A DNA stretch of 64,000 nt, taken from IMG/VR virus record IMGVR_UViG_3300025853_009406, positions 52,741 through 116,740 of that record; one strand, written 5' to 3'. Positions within the stretch are counted from its first letter, which is position 1. Every line of letters starts with the position of its first letter. The notes under the pieces were generated by a model. That model saw only the letters and a list, made by a program, of their open reading frames with translations, was not told the DNA's origin and searched no databases. The stretch is from a virus. Below are positions 26,520 to 36,654 of the stretch, in pieces. The position numbers and the translations under genes are program-made.

Positions 26520-27893
26520 TTAAAATTTAAATCCGTCGAATGTTTTTTTAGGTTTATCTTCATATGTATACTCTTCTTCTTTGCCAGAATCAAGTATATC
26601 TTCCTGTGCAGTTTGCTCACAATCATATAAGCGCATCTTGGCACGATCAATACCAACAATAAATCTCTTATTAATAGAAATATCATTGTATCGATTCTTC
26701 AACTGCTTCACCATTATCTGACCAAGTTGTTCAAGTTCCTCAGTGCTAATAAGGGCAAACATAAGATCAGCAGTAGCAGGGAGACCAAAGGACTCAGAAG
26801 TGTCAGTAAGGTCAACGTCACTGCTGCCATAACCAGAACGAGTGGTCTGGGTGGCAGATACGATAGGGACCTCGGCTTCGACAGCCAACCCTCTAAGCTC
26901 CTCTGCAATAGATTTAATATAGCTATATGAATTGATAGAGCCGTTCTGCCTATAGCGGGAGGAAGCACATATATTAAGGTAATCAATGAAAATAATATCA
27001 GGTCTAAATGACTTCTTAAGTGCAAGTTCATTAAGAAGTGCCTTAAAGTGTCCACTGTGTGCGCTAGCAGTCGGATACTCTTTAATTATAAGAGTTCCTT
27101 GAGTCTTTGCTGCTAACTTAGTTACTTTGTTTTCAAACGAAGACCTGGGAAGATCAGTAAGATCTTGAATGGGTACGTTGAGCAAGTTTGCATCAATACG
27201 CTCAGCAATTTTCTCTTCTGCCATCTCCATTGTAATGTATAGCACGTTACGTCCACTAAGCAAAACGGAGCTAGCCATATGGCACATGAACAAAGACTTA
27301 CCGACACCTGTCCCAGCAAGAGCGACATTAAGAGTCTTGTTAGGAAGACCACCTTTCGTAATCTTGTTGAAATACTCAAGATCAAAAGGAATACGGTCTT
27401 CTTTCCTGTGGTAAGAATCGTATCTTGCTTCATAATCATTTAGATAGTCATGACCAATATGGTTGTCAAAAGATACTGCCAGAGCATCTGAAAGAATGCT
27501 TGGAATTGCATCCCGATTCTTTTTATCATCTTGCCCATCAGCAATGCTGATAGATTCCATCAAAGCAAGATAAATCGCACGATCACGGCACCACTTCTCA
27601 GTAGTATCTAGCAGCCATTGATGATCTACAGGAGAGTCATTGAAAGAATTACAAACATCTCTAGTCTCTTTAATTTCAGTCTCGTTTAGATCTGTTCTAT
27701 TCTCAACCTCAATATTTAATGCTTCGGTTGTAATTGCAGATCCATACTTAACAATGAACTGAGTAATCTCCTCAAAGATCACTTTTTCAGATCGTTGTTC
27801 AAAATATGATGGTTCAATAAATGGAATAACTTTACGAGAATATTCCTCATTGTGTATTAAATTTTTGAGAATAGTAGTCTCAATTCGTTCCAT
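26520..27893 (-). CDS. gp41: Replicative DNA helicase
   Basis: AGTGVGKS, IKEYPT, DYLNIC, SATQTTR, SESFGLP. Confidence 0.96.
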   Translation of the reverse strand: MERIETTILKNLIHNEEYSRKVIPFIEPSYFEQRSEKVIFEEITQFIVKYGSAITTEALNIEVENRTDLNETEIKETRDVCNSFNDSPVDHQWLLDTTEKWCRDRAIYLALMESISIADGQDDKKNRDAIPSILSDALAVSFDNHIGHDYLNDYEARYDSYHRKEDRIPFDLEYFNKITKGGLPNKTLNVALAGTGVGKSLFMCHMASSVLLSGRNVLYITMEMAEEKIAERIDANLLNVPIQDLTDLPRSSFENKVTKLAAKTQGTLIIKEYPTASAHSGHFKALLNELALKKSFRPDIIFIDYLNICASSRYRQNGSINSYSYIKSIAEELRGLAVEAEVPIVSATQTTRSGYGSSDVDLTDTSESFGLPATADLMFALISTEELEQLGQIMVKQLKNRYNDISINKRFIVGIDRAKMRLYDCEQTAQEDILDSGKEEEYTYEDKPKKTFDGFKF

Positions 27894-28887
27894 AAGAGAA
27901 TTCGTTTTTTGCAATCTCATCAAGTTTTAACATCACTTCTTCAGTGAAATATGTTTCTGGATCTTTCAAGATTTGTTTTGCATAGATTTTTTTACCATCT
28001 ATTTCATATCTACCAGCAACGTTTTTCCAAAGTCCGCCAATCTCACCAAGTTCAAGAAGACCATAATATCGATCAAGACCACGCTCATCGTAATAAAGAC
28101 GCACCGTAACATCCTTGTTCTCCTTGCTTAAACGCGACTTAGCAGTCTTTGCCTTAATAAGATTTCCGACAATTTCTGTTCCGTCTTTTTCTTTTTTCTT
28201 GCTGAGATAAATGATGGTACTGGCAGCATACTTAAGACCAGAACCACCGCCCATCTCTTTAGTAGGAACGTAAGCACCAATGACATCGTAGGTGTGGTTG
28301 GTAACAATCATAGGAATATTAGCCTGCCCCAACTTCAATGTCAACATCCTGAAAGCACCTTTGATAAGTTGAGATTTCGTCATGTCACGAACCTGCTTAT
28401 CATTCAGAGCATCATTAATTTCCTTTTCCGTTGAAAGCATTCCTAGAGAGTCTAAGACAAACATGCAGGGTTTGCGCTCATCTTCAGGTTTTTTTAAGTA
28501 AATATCAACTGCCTTGAGTGCCTTGGTACGGAACTCTTCAACAGTCACAACATTAACAACAACAGTCCTCTCAAGATCTACCCCACGACTTGCGAGTAGA
28601 GACTTATTAACAGCGGCTTCAGTGTCAAAATATAGGCAATACCCATCAGGGTTAGAATCCAAAAAGTTCTTGACGACAGCAAGGGAGAAAAAAGTTTTTC
28701 CAGTGCTAGACTCGCCAGCAATGGCAGTAATCTTATTCCCAGATACACCACCAAATATAGACCCTGAAACAAGTCCATTAAAAATGTAAGAACCTGTGTC
28801 AACATAAGTTTCAGTTTCATCAATATCTGATGCGAGTTTTGTATACTCATCTCCAATTTCTTTTACAATATCTTTAAGAAAGTCCAT
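27880..28887 (-). CDS. uvsX: RecA-like recombinase UvsX
   Basis: GESSTGKT, YFDTE, VLDSLG, MGGGSGLKYAAS. Confidence 0.95.
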   Translation of the reverse strand: MDFLKDIVKEIGDEYTKLASDIDETETYVDTGSYIFNGLVSGSIFGGVSGNKITAIAGESSTGKTFFSLAVVKNFLDSNPDGYCLYFDTEAAVNKSLLASRGVDLERTVVVNVVTVEEFRTKALKAVDIYLKKPEDERKPCMFVLDSLGMLSTEKEINDALNDKQVRDMTKSQLIKGAFRMLTLKLGQANIPMIVTNHTYDVIGAYVPTKEMGGGSGLKYAASTIIYLSKKKEKDGTEIVGNLIKAKTAKSRLSKENKDVTVRLYYDERGLDRYYGLLELGEIGGLWKNVAGRYEIDGKKIYAKQILKDPETYFTEEVMLKLDEIAKNEFSYGTN

Positions 28888-29027
28888 AATCTTTGTTTCT
28901 GTAGTTCATTTTCCAACACCAAAACTTCCAATAAAGTTTTGTTTCATCACCATTCCTTTTTAATGAGTCCATCAAACATTGCAACTCACTATCTGACAAA
29001 TCATTAGGAGTCCAATAATGATTCTTT

Positions 29028-29198
29028 TTAGACGACCATGCCATACTGCTCCCTTAGAATTTTTTTATAAGATCCACCAGGGTTTTCTTCACGGATCTCT
29101 TTCACAATCTTTAACTTTTGATATAGTGATGTATCTCCACCTAGACGGAGAGCATTCACGATCGTAGCAAGTTCTTTATCAGTAATAGGAAGTTCCAT
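29028..29198 (-). CDS. Small hypothetical protein (56 aa)
   Basis: Manual translation MELPITDKELATIVNALRLGGDTSLYQKL. Confidence 0.55.
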   Translation of the reverse strand: MELPITDKELATIVNALRLGGDTSLYQKLKIVKEIREENPGGSYKKILREQYGMVV

Positions 29199-29396
29199 TT
29201 ATTCCCAACGTAAGGTCTTAAGGTATTCTAGCACATTTTTACGAACATCCATCAACTCATGATAACATCTTTGATTGTGAGCACACTGTCTAAGTGCAGA
29301 ATCTGGTTTATGAACCGATTCAATGAAAATATCAAGTCCTCTATTCCATTTATCTTGTTTTGATTCTCCATCATCAATTACATACTTATCATTCAT
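29199..29396 (-). CDS. Small conserved hypothetical protein
   Basis: KWNRGLDIFIESVHKPD..LRQCAHNQRC. Confidence 0.65.
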   Translation of the reverse strand: MNDKYVIDDGESKQDKWNRGLDIFIESVHKPDSALRQCAHNQRCYHELMDVRKNVLEYLKTLRWE

Positions 29397-31894
29397 AAGA
29401 AAAATTCCTCCAAGTTAATTTTTTTCTCAATATTCCACCCAATAGCATCAAGTATTGCCTTAAGTGGTTCTACAAAACTTTTTTCAAATTGTAGATCATA
29501 ATCAATATATTGTTCAAGATTAAGCTCTTTAGGAAAATCTTGAATAAAAGAGATAATATTCTCTTGTATAATATTTGGTTTTTTTAAATAGATAAATTTA
29601 ATTTTCTCACCATTGTTAATTAATGAATACTTTTTATCCAACTTATTTTGCTTAATATAATGATTAAACAATAAAGCTCCGCGACAATGAATGGGAGTAC
29701 CCTTTATATAGATATCAGAAGATGAATGGTATTTACGAATATCAGAAGCTGTTCTTGGAAAAGCGATAGATTCTGGTGGAAGTTCTTTAAATTCTTGACG
29801 ACACTTATCAATAAAATTAATTACGTCATCTTCAGTTCCATTCATCATCAACTTGAGTCCATCTTTAATCATCTTCCGACATGGTGCAGGAGTAGATGAT
29901 TTAACTGCCTCAATACCCATCATCTTGAGTTTGGGTTCATTATATTGAACTCCCTCACTATTCCATACGTTCAGAATGTATCGCTTCTTAGCAGTCCAGA
30001 TACCACGTTCTGCGATGTTCTCACGCTTCATGATCATTTTTTGTTCATATGCCTGAACATAATTCGCAAGTTCCTGATAAGATTGTTCGATGAATGGTTC
30101 CAACTTATCTTGACAGATCTTATCAAGTAGCGAAACAACTGCTGTTTTATCACCAGACTTGTTACTAAGAAATTTATCAACAAGAGGTCCCATATTAAGA
30201 TAGATTGAATCGGTGTCAGATGCAATGACATAATCCTCACCATCCGTTTGCAAAATCTTATTTAGATATCCATTCATCCTGTTCTCAATCCAGCGGATTG
30301 AAACCTGCCCAGAAAGAGTAATTGCTTCAGCATTAGCAAGTTTAAAATATCGAAAATACTGATTACCAATAGCACCATAGGCAGAGTTCAGTTGAATCTT
30401 ACGCGCCATCTGGATATTATTGCATCGAGAAATTTCTTTTTCGAGTGCTTTAGATGGATTTTTTTCATAATCTTGCTTTGCCTGAAGCATTTTCTTTTTA
30501 AAGATAGTTCTATCTTTATAAATCTTTTCCATCAGTTCTGGCAGAAATCCACGAACATCCTTCCGATACATGGCACCATTGGCACATACCGCGTTGTCCT
30601 TATACATCTCAAAAGTCAGTTCTTCATTAAGTATCTTATCAACGGTAGCACTTGGATGTCTGATATCCTGTAAAGTCTCTGGCGAGATGTTGTACTGCAT
30701 AATGAGATGAGGATACAGGCTGTTAAGGTCAAAACTAACAACCCAATCATACTTTCCTGGAATCGGTTCCTTGACATACGCTCCCGCATATTTGGAGTCT
30801 TTATCAGAACGTACTTTTGGTGGGATAGCAATTTTTCTATCCTTTAAATAGTTATAAATGATAGTATCCCACATTCGCACTTGTGAAAACACATCTTCAT
30901 AATTAGCTTTTGCGTCATATGCAAGAGTTAATGCCAAATCAATGAGTTTCATTTTGTCTTCCATGCGGTCAACAAGTTCCACGTCAATGATATTGTACTC
31001 TACAAATTTTTGCCACCCCTTTGTATAAAAATCTTTAAATGTATCAAACTCGGAGTGATCCAGTTTTTTCTGTCCAAGTTCTACACTCGCAATGTAGTCC
31101 AAACGATAAGATTCCTGCGCTTTATAAGTAAACTTCTTATAAAGATCCAAATAGTCGAGTTGAGAAACTCCACCAACATCGTATGAAATATTTTTACGAC
31201 CAGAAATATAAACCTCCTGCTCTGTAATCAATCCCCATGGAGAAATTCTTTTCATAAGTTTCTCGCCAAGAATGCGTTCAATTCTACGAACAAGATATGG
31301 AATATCATAAAGTTTACTATTCCACCCAGTAATAACTTCGGGAGTATTTCCCTCAATCATCCACCAATTGATAAAGTCATTCAGCAATTCATATTCAGTT
31401 CTAAATCCTTTGTAAGTAACATTTTGTTGCTTATTATTAAAAGGTCCAAGACCCCAGGTTCTGATCTGCTTCGTAGCATAATCCTGAATTGTAATCAACA
31501 ACACCTCTTCAGCAGCAGATTCCACATCAGGGAATCCATTCTCTGATGCAACCTCAATGTCGAGGGTTACTACTTTAATTTTACTAATATCAAATTTAAT
31601 TTCATCTTCTGGATACATTTCAGAAATGTACTGATAAATGTATCCTGTATTTCCATAAACTTTAAAATTTTCAACCCCATCATATTTTTTAATGAATTCA
31701 CGAGTCTCTCTTACAGTTCCAGGATTAATTGGATCAACGTACTCACCATTCAAAGTTGTATATTCTGTTTGCTTATTGGAAGGCACAAAAAGAGTCGGAA
31801 AAAACTTCTCTCGGGTTGCAAAATGTTTTCCATTTTCATAACCTCGGACCAAGAAGTGATCTCCGACCATTTGAACATTAGTATAAAAACGCAT
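29393..31894 (-). CDS. gp43: Family B DNA polymerase
   Basis: DIE exonuclease motif, SFDLNSLYP, KIQLNSAYG, ASDTDS; no intein or intron seen. Confidence 0.98.
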   Translation of the reverse strand: MRFYTNVQMVGDHFLVRGYENGKHFATREKFFPTLFVPSNKQTEYTTLNGEYVDPINPGTVRETREFIKKYDGVENFKVYGNTGYIYQYISEMYPEDEIKFDISKIKVVTLDIEVASENGFPDVESAAEEVLLITIQDYATKQIRTWGLGPFNNKQQNVTYKGFRTEYELLNDFINWWMIEGNTPEVITGWNSKLYDIPYLVRRIERILGEKLMKRISPWGLITEQEVYISGRKNISYDVGGVSQLDYLDLYKKFTYKAQESYRLDYIASVELGQKKLDHSEFDTFKDFYTKGWQKFVEYNIIDVELVDRMEDKMKLIDLALTLAYDAKANYEDVFSQVRMWDTIIYNYLKDRKIAIPPKVRSDKDSKYAGAYVKEPIPGKYDWVVSFDLNSLYPHLIMQYNISPETLQDIRHPSATVDKILNEELTFEMYKDNAVCANGAMYRKDVRGFLPELMEKIYKDRTIFKKKMLQAKQDYEKNPSKALEKEISRCNNIQMARKIQLNSAYGAIGNQYFRYFKLANAEAITLSGQVSIRWIENRMNGYLNKILQTDGEDYVIASDTDSIYLNMGPLVDKFLSNKSGDKTAVVSLLDKICQDKLEPFIEQSYQELANYVQAYEQKMIMKRENIAERGIWTAKKRYILNVWNSEGVQYNEPKLKMMGIEAVKSSTPAPCRKMIKDGLKLMMNGTEDDVINFIDKCRQEFKELPPESIAFPRTASDIRKYHSSSDIYIKGTPIHCRGALLFNHYIKQNKLDKKYSLINNGEKIKFIYLKKPNIIQENIISFIQDFPKELNLEQYIDYDLQFEKSFVEPLKAILDAIGWNIEKKINLEEFFL

Positions 31895-32172
31895 TAGGAA
31901 ATAATATCAATATATTTTGTTAAAATGTCTTTGTTGGGATCAATAATTGTTAAAACACTATCAGAACTAATCAACATAGTGTCTTGAGATGTATATTCTG
32001 ATAACCATGGTGTTAAGTAAATACTATCTCCATTTTTATGGACTTCACATGGTTTTATCAGTTTACAATTAGGTTCACCAAGTTCAACATCAACTTCTTC
32101 AACCTGAGATACAATAGCACAATTTTCTCTAAGAATCAAACACTTAATTGTTGCTTCCATTTCATTCCTCAC
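31894..32172 (-). CDS. Small Sm-like hypothetical protein
   Basis: GEPNCKLIKP...LTPWL pattern. Confidence 0.6.
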   Translation of the reverse strand: MRNEMEATIKCLILRENCAIVSQVEEVDVELGEPNCKLIKPCEVHKNGDSIYLTPWLSEYTSQDTMLISSDSVLTIIDPNKDILTKYIDIIS

Positions 32173-32467
32173 CTTCGGTTTGATTCAGAGGTTCATACAT
32201 TTTCACCAATGATTCTACGGGATCTACAATTGTTACGACCCAATCAAAAGGAATGATCATTTGAGTATCTTTTGAAAGAATCATCCATCGTGAAAGAGAA
32301 ACATTCACAACACTTTCTTTTTCTGCTTCATTAAGAACGGGAGATTCGTAAGTAACTCGTTGTGGATTTGTGAAAAGATATCCAAATAGTTCATCTTCTT
32401 TTTGAACTTCTTTAATATCACTGATAACAGTTTCACCAGATTTGAGCAAAATCAACTTAACGGACAT
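32162..32467 (-). CDS. Small Sm-like hypothetical protein
   Basis: MSVKLILLKSGETVISD...DWVVTIVDP. Confidence 0.65.
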   Translation of the reverse strand: MSVKLILLKSGETVISDIKEVQKEDELFGYLFTNPQRVTYESPVLNEAEKESVVNVSLSRWMILSKDTQMIIPFDWVVTIVDPVESLVKMYEPLNQTEGEE

Positions 32468-32510
32468 TTTTTATCAATAAAGACTAGTAGTATATATGCA
32501 TCTTAGCAAT

Positions 32511-32552
32511 AAAAAGGAGGGGTGTCAACTGGATTGTGCCAGTTACCCCTCC
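32511..32552 (-). terminator. Terminator hairpin overlapping a sigma70 promoter
   Basis: GGAGGGGT-AACTGG..CCAGTT-GAC-ACCCCTCC-TTTTT; TTGACA(32523-28)-N17-TAAGAT(32500-05). Confidence 0.75.
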
Positions 32553-32616
32553 GTCTGCGACGACGATATTCAATTTTATTTATCAAAGACCCAGATAGCA
32601 GAATTTAGTGAGGATA

Positions 32617-33051
32617 TCAGAACCAATCCTTTCTTTTATGATGATCAGGTACAATTCTACCGAGAGTTACACTCAGAAGCCCATCCTCAAAGCTAACTGA
32701 TCTAACTTCCGTCTCGTCACTGAGGGTCCATGCTCTAGTGAAAGATCTTTGAGCCACTCCTCTATGGATGTAATCTGTTCCAGTTTCTTTGTCCTCTTTT
32801 TGTCCTTCGACAAAGAGTTTACCATCTTGTGTGTAGACATTGACTTCTTTCTTTTTGAATCCTGCTAGTGCTAGTTCAAGTCTAGATTCTACGTTACTAA
32901 CTTGAACTAAATTGTATGGTGGATAGTTTTTCGTCGTTTCATGCAGATTAAACAGACGATCAAAGTATTCATCCATACCGATGCTATTCTTATTTATACG
33001 ATCCATGAGCGCAGGAAGATCTGCAGCAGTATACCTTGTGAGGTTAGTCAT
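32617..33051 (-). CDS. hsp20: Small heat-shock protein (Hsp20/IbpA)
   Basis: NYPPYN, LALAGF, YIHRGVAQRSF, FEDGLL. Confidence 0.96.
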   Translation of the reverse strand: MTNLTRYTAADLPALMDRINKNSIGMDEYFDRLFNLHETTKNYPPYNLVQVSNVESRLELALAGFKKKEVNVYTQDGKLFVEGQKEDKETGTDYIHRGVAQRSFTRAWTLSDETEVRSVSFEDGLLSVTLGRIVPDHHKRKDWF

Positions 33052-33058
33052 TATTGTA

Positions 33059-33105
33059 GCTCCTTAAAAAGCGAGTTTGTATTTTGTGGACCCTTACGGC
33101 ATCCA
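33059..33105 (-). promoter_or_regulatory. ROSE-like thermosensor candidate in the hsp20 5'UTR
   Basis: GTAA-capped hairpin followed by CTCGCTT-TTT-AAGGAG, pairing with the SD with a bulged G. Confidence 0.5.
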
Positions 33106-33129
33106 TAAGTATATATTAACACAAGTCAT

Positions 33130-33153
33130 AAAAAACGGGGTGTAGAACCCCGT
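33130..33153 (-). terminator. Intrinsic terminator after regA
   Basis: ACGGGGT-TCTAC-ACCCCGT-TTTTT. Confidence 0.75.
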
Positions 33154-33159
33154 AATTTT

Positions 33160-33600
33160 TTATTCGGTTTCTTCAACCTTTTTTTTCTTAGATCCAATAT
33201 TATATTTTGTCTCTAATATCCAATCGGATTTATCTTTATATGCAAGAACTTTAATCTGATTCAGAGGAGCAATATCTTGAATTTTAGACACATCTACAAT
33301 ACCAATGAGCCCCCAATCAGCAAGCAGTTGAGCAATACGGTTACGACGTTGGACATCATTCTGGGTCAGATTTGCATATTTACCATCTAAAGCAAACAAT
33401 TCTTTAAAATGGACTAAAAAATATCTACCTTGCTTGTGCAGAATATGACAACTTTGATAGATTTTTTTCTCCTTTCTTGATGCAACACCAATTCTTGTTA
33501 ATGTTTCACGAACTTTTAGAAAATCATCTGGTTCATTCAGAATCACTTCTACCATTTGATCAGGCGACCATTTTACCTCAGTTTCTTGAACCACACTCAT
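33160..33600 (-). CDS. regA: Translational repressor RegA
   Basis: DDFLKVRETLTRIG, QSCHILHKQGRY..VHFKE. Confidence 0.96.
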   Translation of the reverse strand: MSVVQETEVKWSPDQMVEVILNEPDDFLKVRETLTRIGVASRKEKKIYQSCHILHKQGRYFLVHFKELFALDGKYANLTQNDVQRRNRIAQLLADWGLIGIVDVSKIQDIAPLNQIKVLAYKDKSDWILETKYNIGSKKKKVEETE

Positions 33601-33977
33601 CTTTTTCCTCCAGTATCAAATTTTGATTTAATAAAATTAAGTTGTTCTTGGGTAAGAATTTTCAAAGCCTGCTTTGCCTTTTCATTACTATATCCATAAT
33701 AACGTTTGACATAATCAAGATCTTTGATCTTATCTTGTCGGATCCAGGGAGAAAATCTCTTCTTTTTCCTAACGATATTTATAAGAAAATCATATTGAAG
33801 TTTCTTAGGAAGAAAGTGATACTTATTCATTTCATTTGCGAAGATGATAGTATCAATGTGACCAGAAAAACAACGATTAATAATATAAGGAGGATATTCC
33901 TTCTCGGTAGAGGGATCTTCTTCAATTAGATGTTTCTTTGTCTGATTGATACTGTTCAACCAATCCTTCAATTCCAT
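33597..33977 (-). CDS. gp62: Clamp loader small subunit
   Basis: LKDWLNSIN, YPPYIINR, QYDFL..RKKKRF; start moved to MELKD. Confidence 0.92.
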   Translation of the reverse strand: MELKDWLNSINQTKKHLIEEDPSTEKEYPPYIINRCFSGHIDTIIFANEMNKYHFLPKKLQYDFLINIVRKKKRFSPWIRQDKIKDLDYVKRYYGYSNEKAKQALKILTQEQLNFIKSKFDTGGKR

Positions 33978-34800
33978 AATTAAAAAGTAATAGTTCTTTG
34001 CGTTTTTGTTGTTCTCGCATATATTCTCCAACAGATCTCATAGTATAAGTGAGATCAAATTCAGCAGCATTCCATTTAGAATCAGTAAATCTATCTCTAA
34101 CAAGTTGATCCGAATTATAACTCACTAACTGAGGCATAGAACAGGTAGAACAATCGTTAGCAAACTTGTCATGATCAAATTCTTTATGCATTGATCCTTT
34201 CTTACCATAAAGATTATCTTTAATGTCATAAGGAGGATCAAGATACACAAAAGTACTATCTTGTTCATTAAGAAGATAATCATATGAATAATTGCTTATC
34301 CTCCAATTTCTAATTATATTAGAATAACCAGGCAACTTATCAATTCCTCTCATAGAAAAATTGGAATCAGAAGCTTGTGGAGAAAAAGAAGAACTTTCAG
34401 TTAATCCAGAAAAACTACACTTGTTTATAATATAAAAACTAATGGCTCTCCAAAAATAATCAGTTTCACCACTATTCAAATAATCTTTAGATTCAAGAAA
34501 TAATCCTTTAGCAGAACCACGATCAGGATAACGAGATTTTAACTCTACAAGTTTATTTCTCATTTCTGGTCCAAACATCTGCAATTGTTGCCAGAAGTTT
34601 ACCAAAGGTTCATACAAGTCATTAACCCACACATTAAGATGTGGATACTTCTTAGTAATGTGAATTGCCACACTACCACCACCAAGAAATGGTTCTCTAA
34701 ATTCATCATACTCTCTCAGATCTGGAAAGTATTGATCCATTTTTGTACAAGCGCGAGACTTACCGCCAGGGTATCTCAATGGTGTTTTCAGGGATTTCAT
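33922..34800 (-). CDS. dam: DNA adenine methyltransferase (Dam family)
   Basis: PLRYPGGKS, EPFLGGGSV, YLDPPY. Confidence 0.93.
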   Translation of the reverse strand: MKSLKTPLRYPGGKSRACTKMDQYFPDLREYDEFREPFLGGGSVAIHITKKYPHLNVWVNDLYEPLVNFWQQLQMFGPEMRNKLVELKSRYPDRGSAKGLFLESKDYLNSGETDYFWRAISFYIINKCSFSGLTESSSFSPQASDSNFSMRGIDKLPGYSNIIRNWRISNYSYDYLLNEQDSTFVYLDPPYDIKDNLYGKKGSMHKEFDHDKFANDCSTCSMPQLVSYNSDQLVRDRFTDSKWNAAEFDLTYTMRSVGEYMREQQKRKELLLFNYGIEGLVEQYQSDKETSN

Positions 34801-34996
34801 AATCAGGTTTGTTATACTTCAAATACTCCCAGAAGGTTAGTTTCATTTCCTTATGGGTCATACCACAATGTTTTGCGGCAGCGGGTAAAGTCATTTTAGC
34901 ACGAAACAATGCATCATTTGCTTCTGCAACATTCTGTGATGTAGTCTTTACTCTTGGTTCTACCAAAGTTTTATAATCATTTTTAAAAAAACTCAT
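34760..34996 (-). CDS. Small HTH-like hypothetical protein
   Basis: MTLPAAAKHCGMTHKEMK. Confidence 0.6.
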   Translation of the reverse strand: MSFFKNDYKTLVEPRVKTTSQNVAEANDALFRAKMTLPAAAKHCGMTHKEMKLTFWEYLKYNKPDYEIPENTIEIPWR

Positions 34997-35202
34997 AGTA
35001 AATCTCCATAGGGAGTATCATCTTTATGAAGGAGAACTCCATCAACTTTATCCAAAAGTTCTCGCATGTCACCATGAAGAATATGATAACCAGTTCCAAC
35101 GTACCATTGCCCTGTAACAACGGCAACAGTAGCAATACCCCAGAAAATATAATAGAACCTAGACTTTACTTGTGCTCTCAATTTTTCTTTTTTCATAATC
35201 AC
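34993..35202 (-). CDS. Small membrane protein
   Basis: KSRFYYIFWGIATVAVVTGQ TM segment. Confidence 0.6.
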   Translation of the reverse strand: MIMKKEKLRAQVKSRFYYIFWGIATVAVVTGQWYVGTGYHILHGDMRELLDKVDGVLLHKDDTPYGDLL

Positions 35203-35495
35203 AAAATGAGTTTCTTTTCATCTGGAGTAATCAACTTACTACCATATATTTCATTATACTTTTTCTTAACAGGTTCTTCTAAATTTACCAGATAAACAAT
35301 ATGATTTCTTGAAATTTTAATTTCTGGATCATCTTTATCAATAACTGGTGCCCAAGGTGTAAATCCAATACTACCATTCTGTGTTGGGATAATGACCAGA
35401 GCATTTACTACTGTAACAAAATTATCATCTTCACTAATAAGTTCAGCGATAATTTCTTCACCCGTAATGATTCTCAAAAGTTTTGCATCAATCAT
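35199..35495 (-). CDS. Sm-like conserved T4-like protein
   Basis: KLLRIITGEEIIAE...IGFTPWAP...YNEIYGSKLITP. Confidence 0.7.
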   Translation of the reverse strand: MIDAKLLRIITGEEIIAELISEDDNFVTVVNALVIIPTQNGSIGFTPWAPVIDKDDPEIKISRNHIVYLVNLEEPVKKKYNEIYGSKLITPDEKKLIL

Positions 35496-35716
35496 TTAGT
35501 TTCTCCATGTTTTATACGTTTTTCATTTAAGAGTAAAAAATTTGAAAATTCTTCTTCAAGATTATCAGTTGAAGTATTACCTTGACTAACCCAAGTATGA
35601 CAAAATTCATACAAAAACTGAATTTCACTTAGGTTTAAATGATGTTTTAACTTTAGAAAAACATCTTGTCTGAGATTCATTCGTTCATCACTATAACGCC
35701 AATCAGAATCAATCAT
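35492..35716 (-). CDS. Hypothetical protein
   Basis: DWRYSDERM..R...YEFCHTWVSQG. Confidence 0.6.
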   Translation of the reverse strand: MIDSDWRYSDERMNLRQDVFLKLKHHLNLSEIQFLYEFCHTWVSQGNTSTDNLEEEFSNFLLLNEKRIKHGETK

Positions 35717-36654
35717 TTGAATTCACACTCCACCATAATTTCAGTTAGACATGCAAGCATATTGATTTCTTGATCTGCTACGAATGCTGCCTGATACTGA
35801 TACTTAGCGAGAACAAGGACAGCAGCAGGAATGCTGCCAGGAACCAAGGCTTCGTAAAGAGAGTCATAAATGCGACGGAGAAGTACAGTAGTATCATTAT
35901 CCAAATTACTAACGATCCACTTTCGTACCTCAGCAAAGTTTTTAGTCTTGAGATTTTTGACAAGTTCATTTACAGCAACATCAGAAAACGTAGCAAGAAT
36001 GCCAGAATCAATTTTACCACTTACGGAGTAGCGTTGGCATTCATTCAGCACTCTCCTCCAATCAGGAAAGTGCTTATTGATGAGTTCTACCAGGACCTTG
36101 TTATCGTATTCAATACCTTCTGCACCCAAGATTTCTTGGATACGCTTGAAGAATTGTGCTGCAATTCCCTGTCTTTCTTTTCCCTTAATTCCGAATTCAA
36201 CCACTGCACATCGGGAGTGGAGAGGTTCAAGGATTTTATTTTTGTAATTACAGGTGAAGATGAATCGGCAGTTACCAGCAAACTCCTCAATAAACGCCCG
36301 TAGGAGGAGTTGTACATCATTGGACGTGTTATCTGCCTCATCAATGATGATGACTTTGTGTTTTGCATCTGAAGAAAGTGAGACGGTCGAAGCGAAGTTT
36401 TTCGCATTGTTTCGGACAGTATCCAAGAACCGCCCTTCATCGGATCCATTGATGACATAAACATCTACCCCCAGTTCGTTACAAAGTGCCTTTGCTACTG
36501 TAGTTTTACCAATACCAGGAGGTCCCGCAAGTAGCATATTTGGGATCTCACCTTTATCTAGGAAACTTTGAAATGTCTTCTTAGTTGCCTCAGGGAGAAT
36601 ACACTCTTCAATTGTTTTTGGTCGATACTTTTCAACCCAAATAAAATCGCTCAT
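35713..36654 (-). CDS. gp44: Clamp loader large subunit
   Basis: WVEKYRP, GPPGIGKTT, IIDEAD, PLHSRC. Confidence 0.97.
   Translation of the reverse strand: MSDFIWVEKYRPKTIEECILPEATKKTFQSFLDKGEIPNMLLAGPPGIGKTTVAKALCNELGVDVYVINGSDEGRFLDTVRNNAKNFASTVSLSSDAKHKVIIIDEADNTSNDVQLLLRAFIEEFAGNCRFIFTCNYKNKILEPLHSRCAVVEFGIKGKERQGIAAQFFKRIQEILGAEGIEYDNKVLVELINKHFPDWRRVLNECQRYSVSGKIDSGILATFSDVAVNELVKNLKTKNFAEVRKWIVSNLDNDTTVLLRRIYDSLYEALVPGSIPAAVLVLAKYQYQAAFVADQEINMLACLTEIMVECEFK

Noticed and set aside
32496-32696. 66-aa plus-strand ORF
   Set aside because: It overlaps the hsp20 3' end and the terminator in antisense; no coding signal
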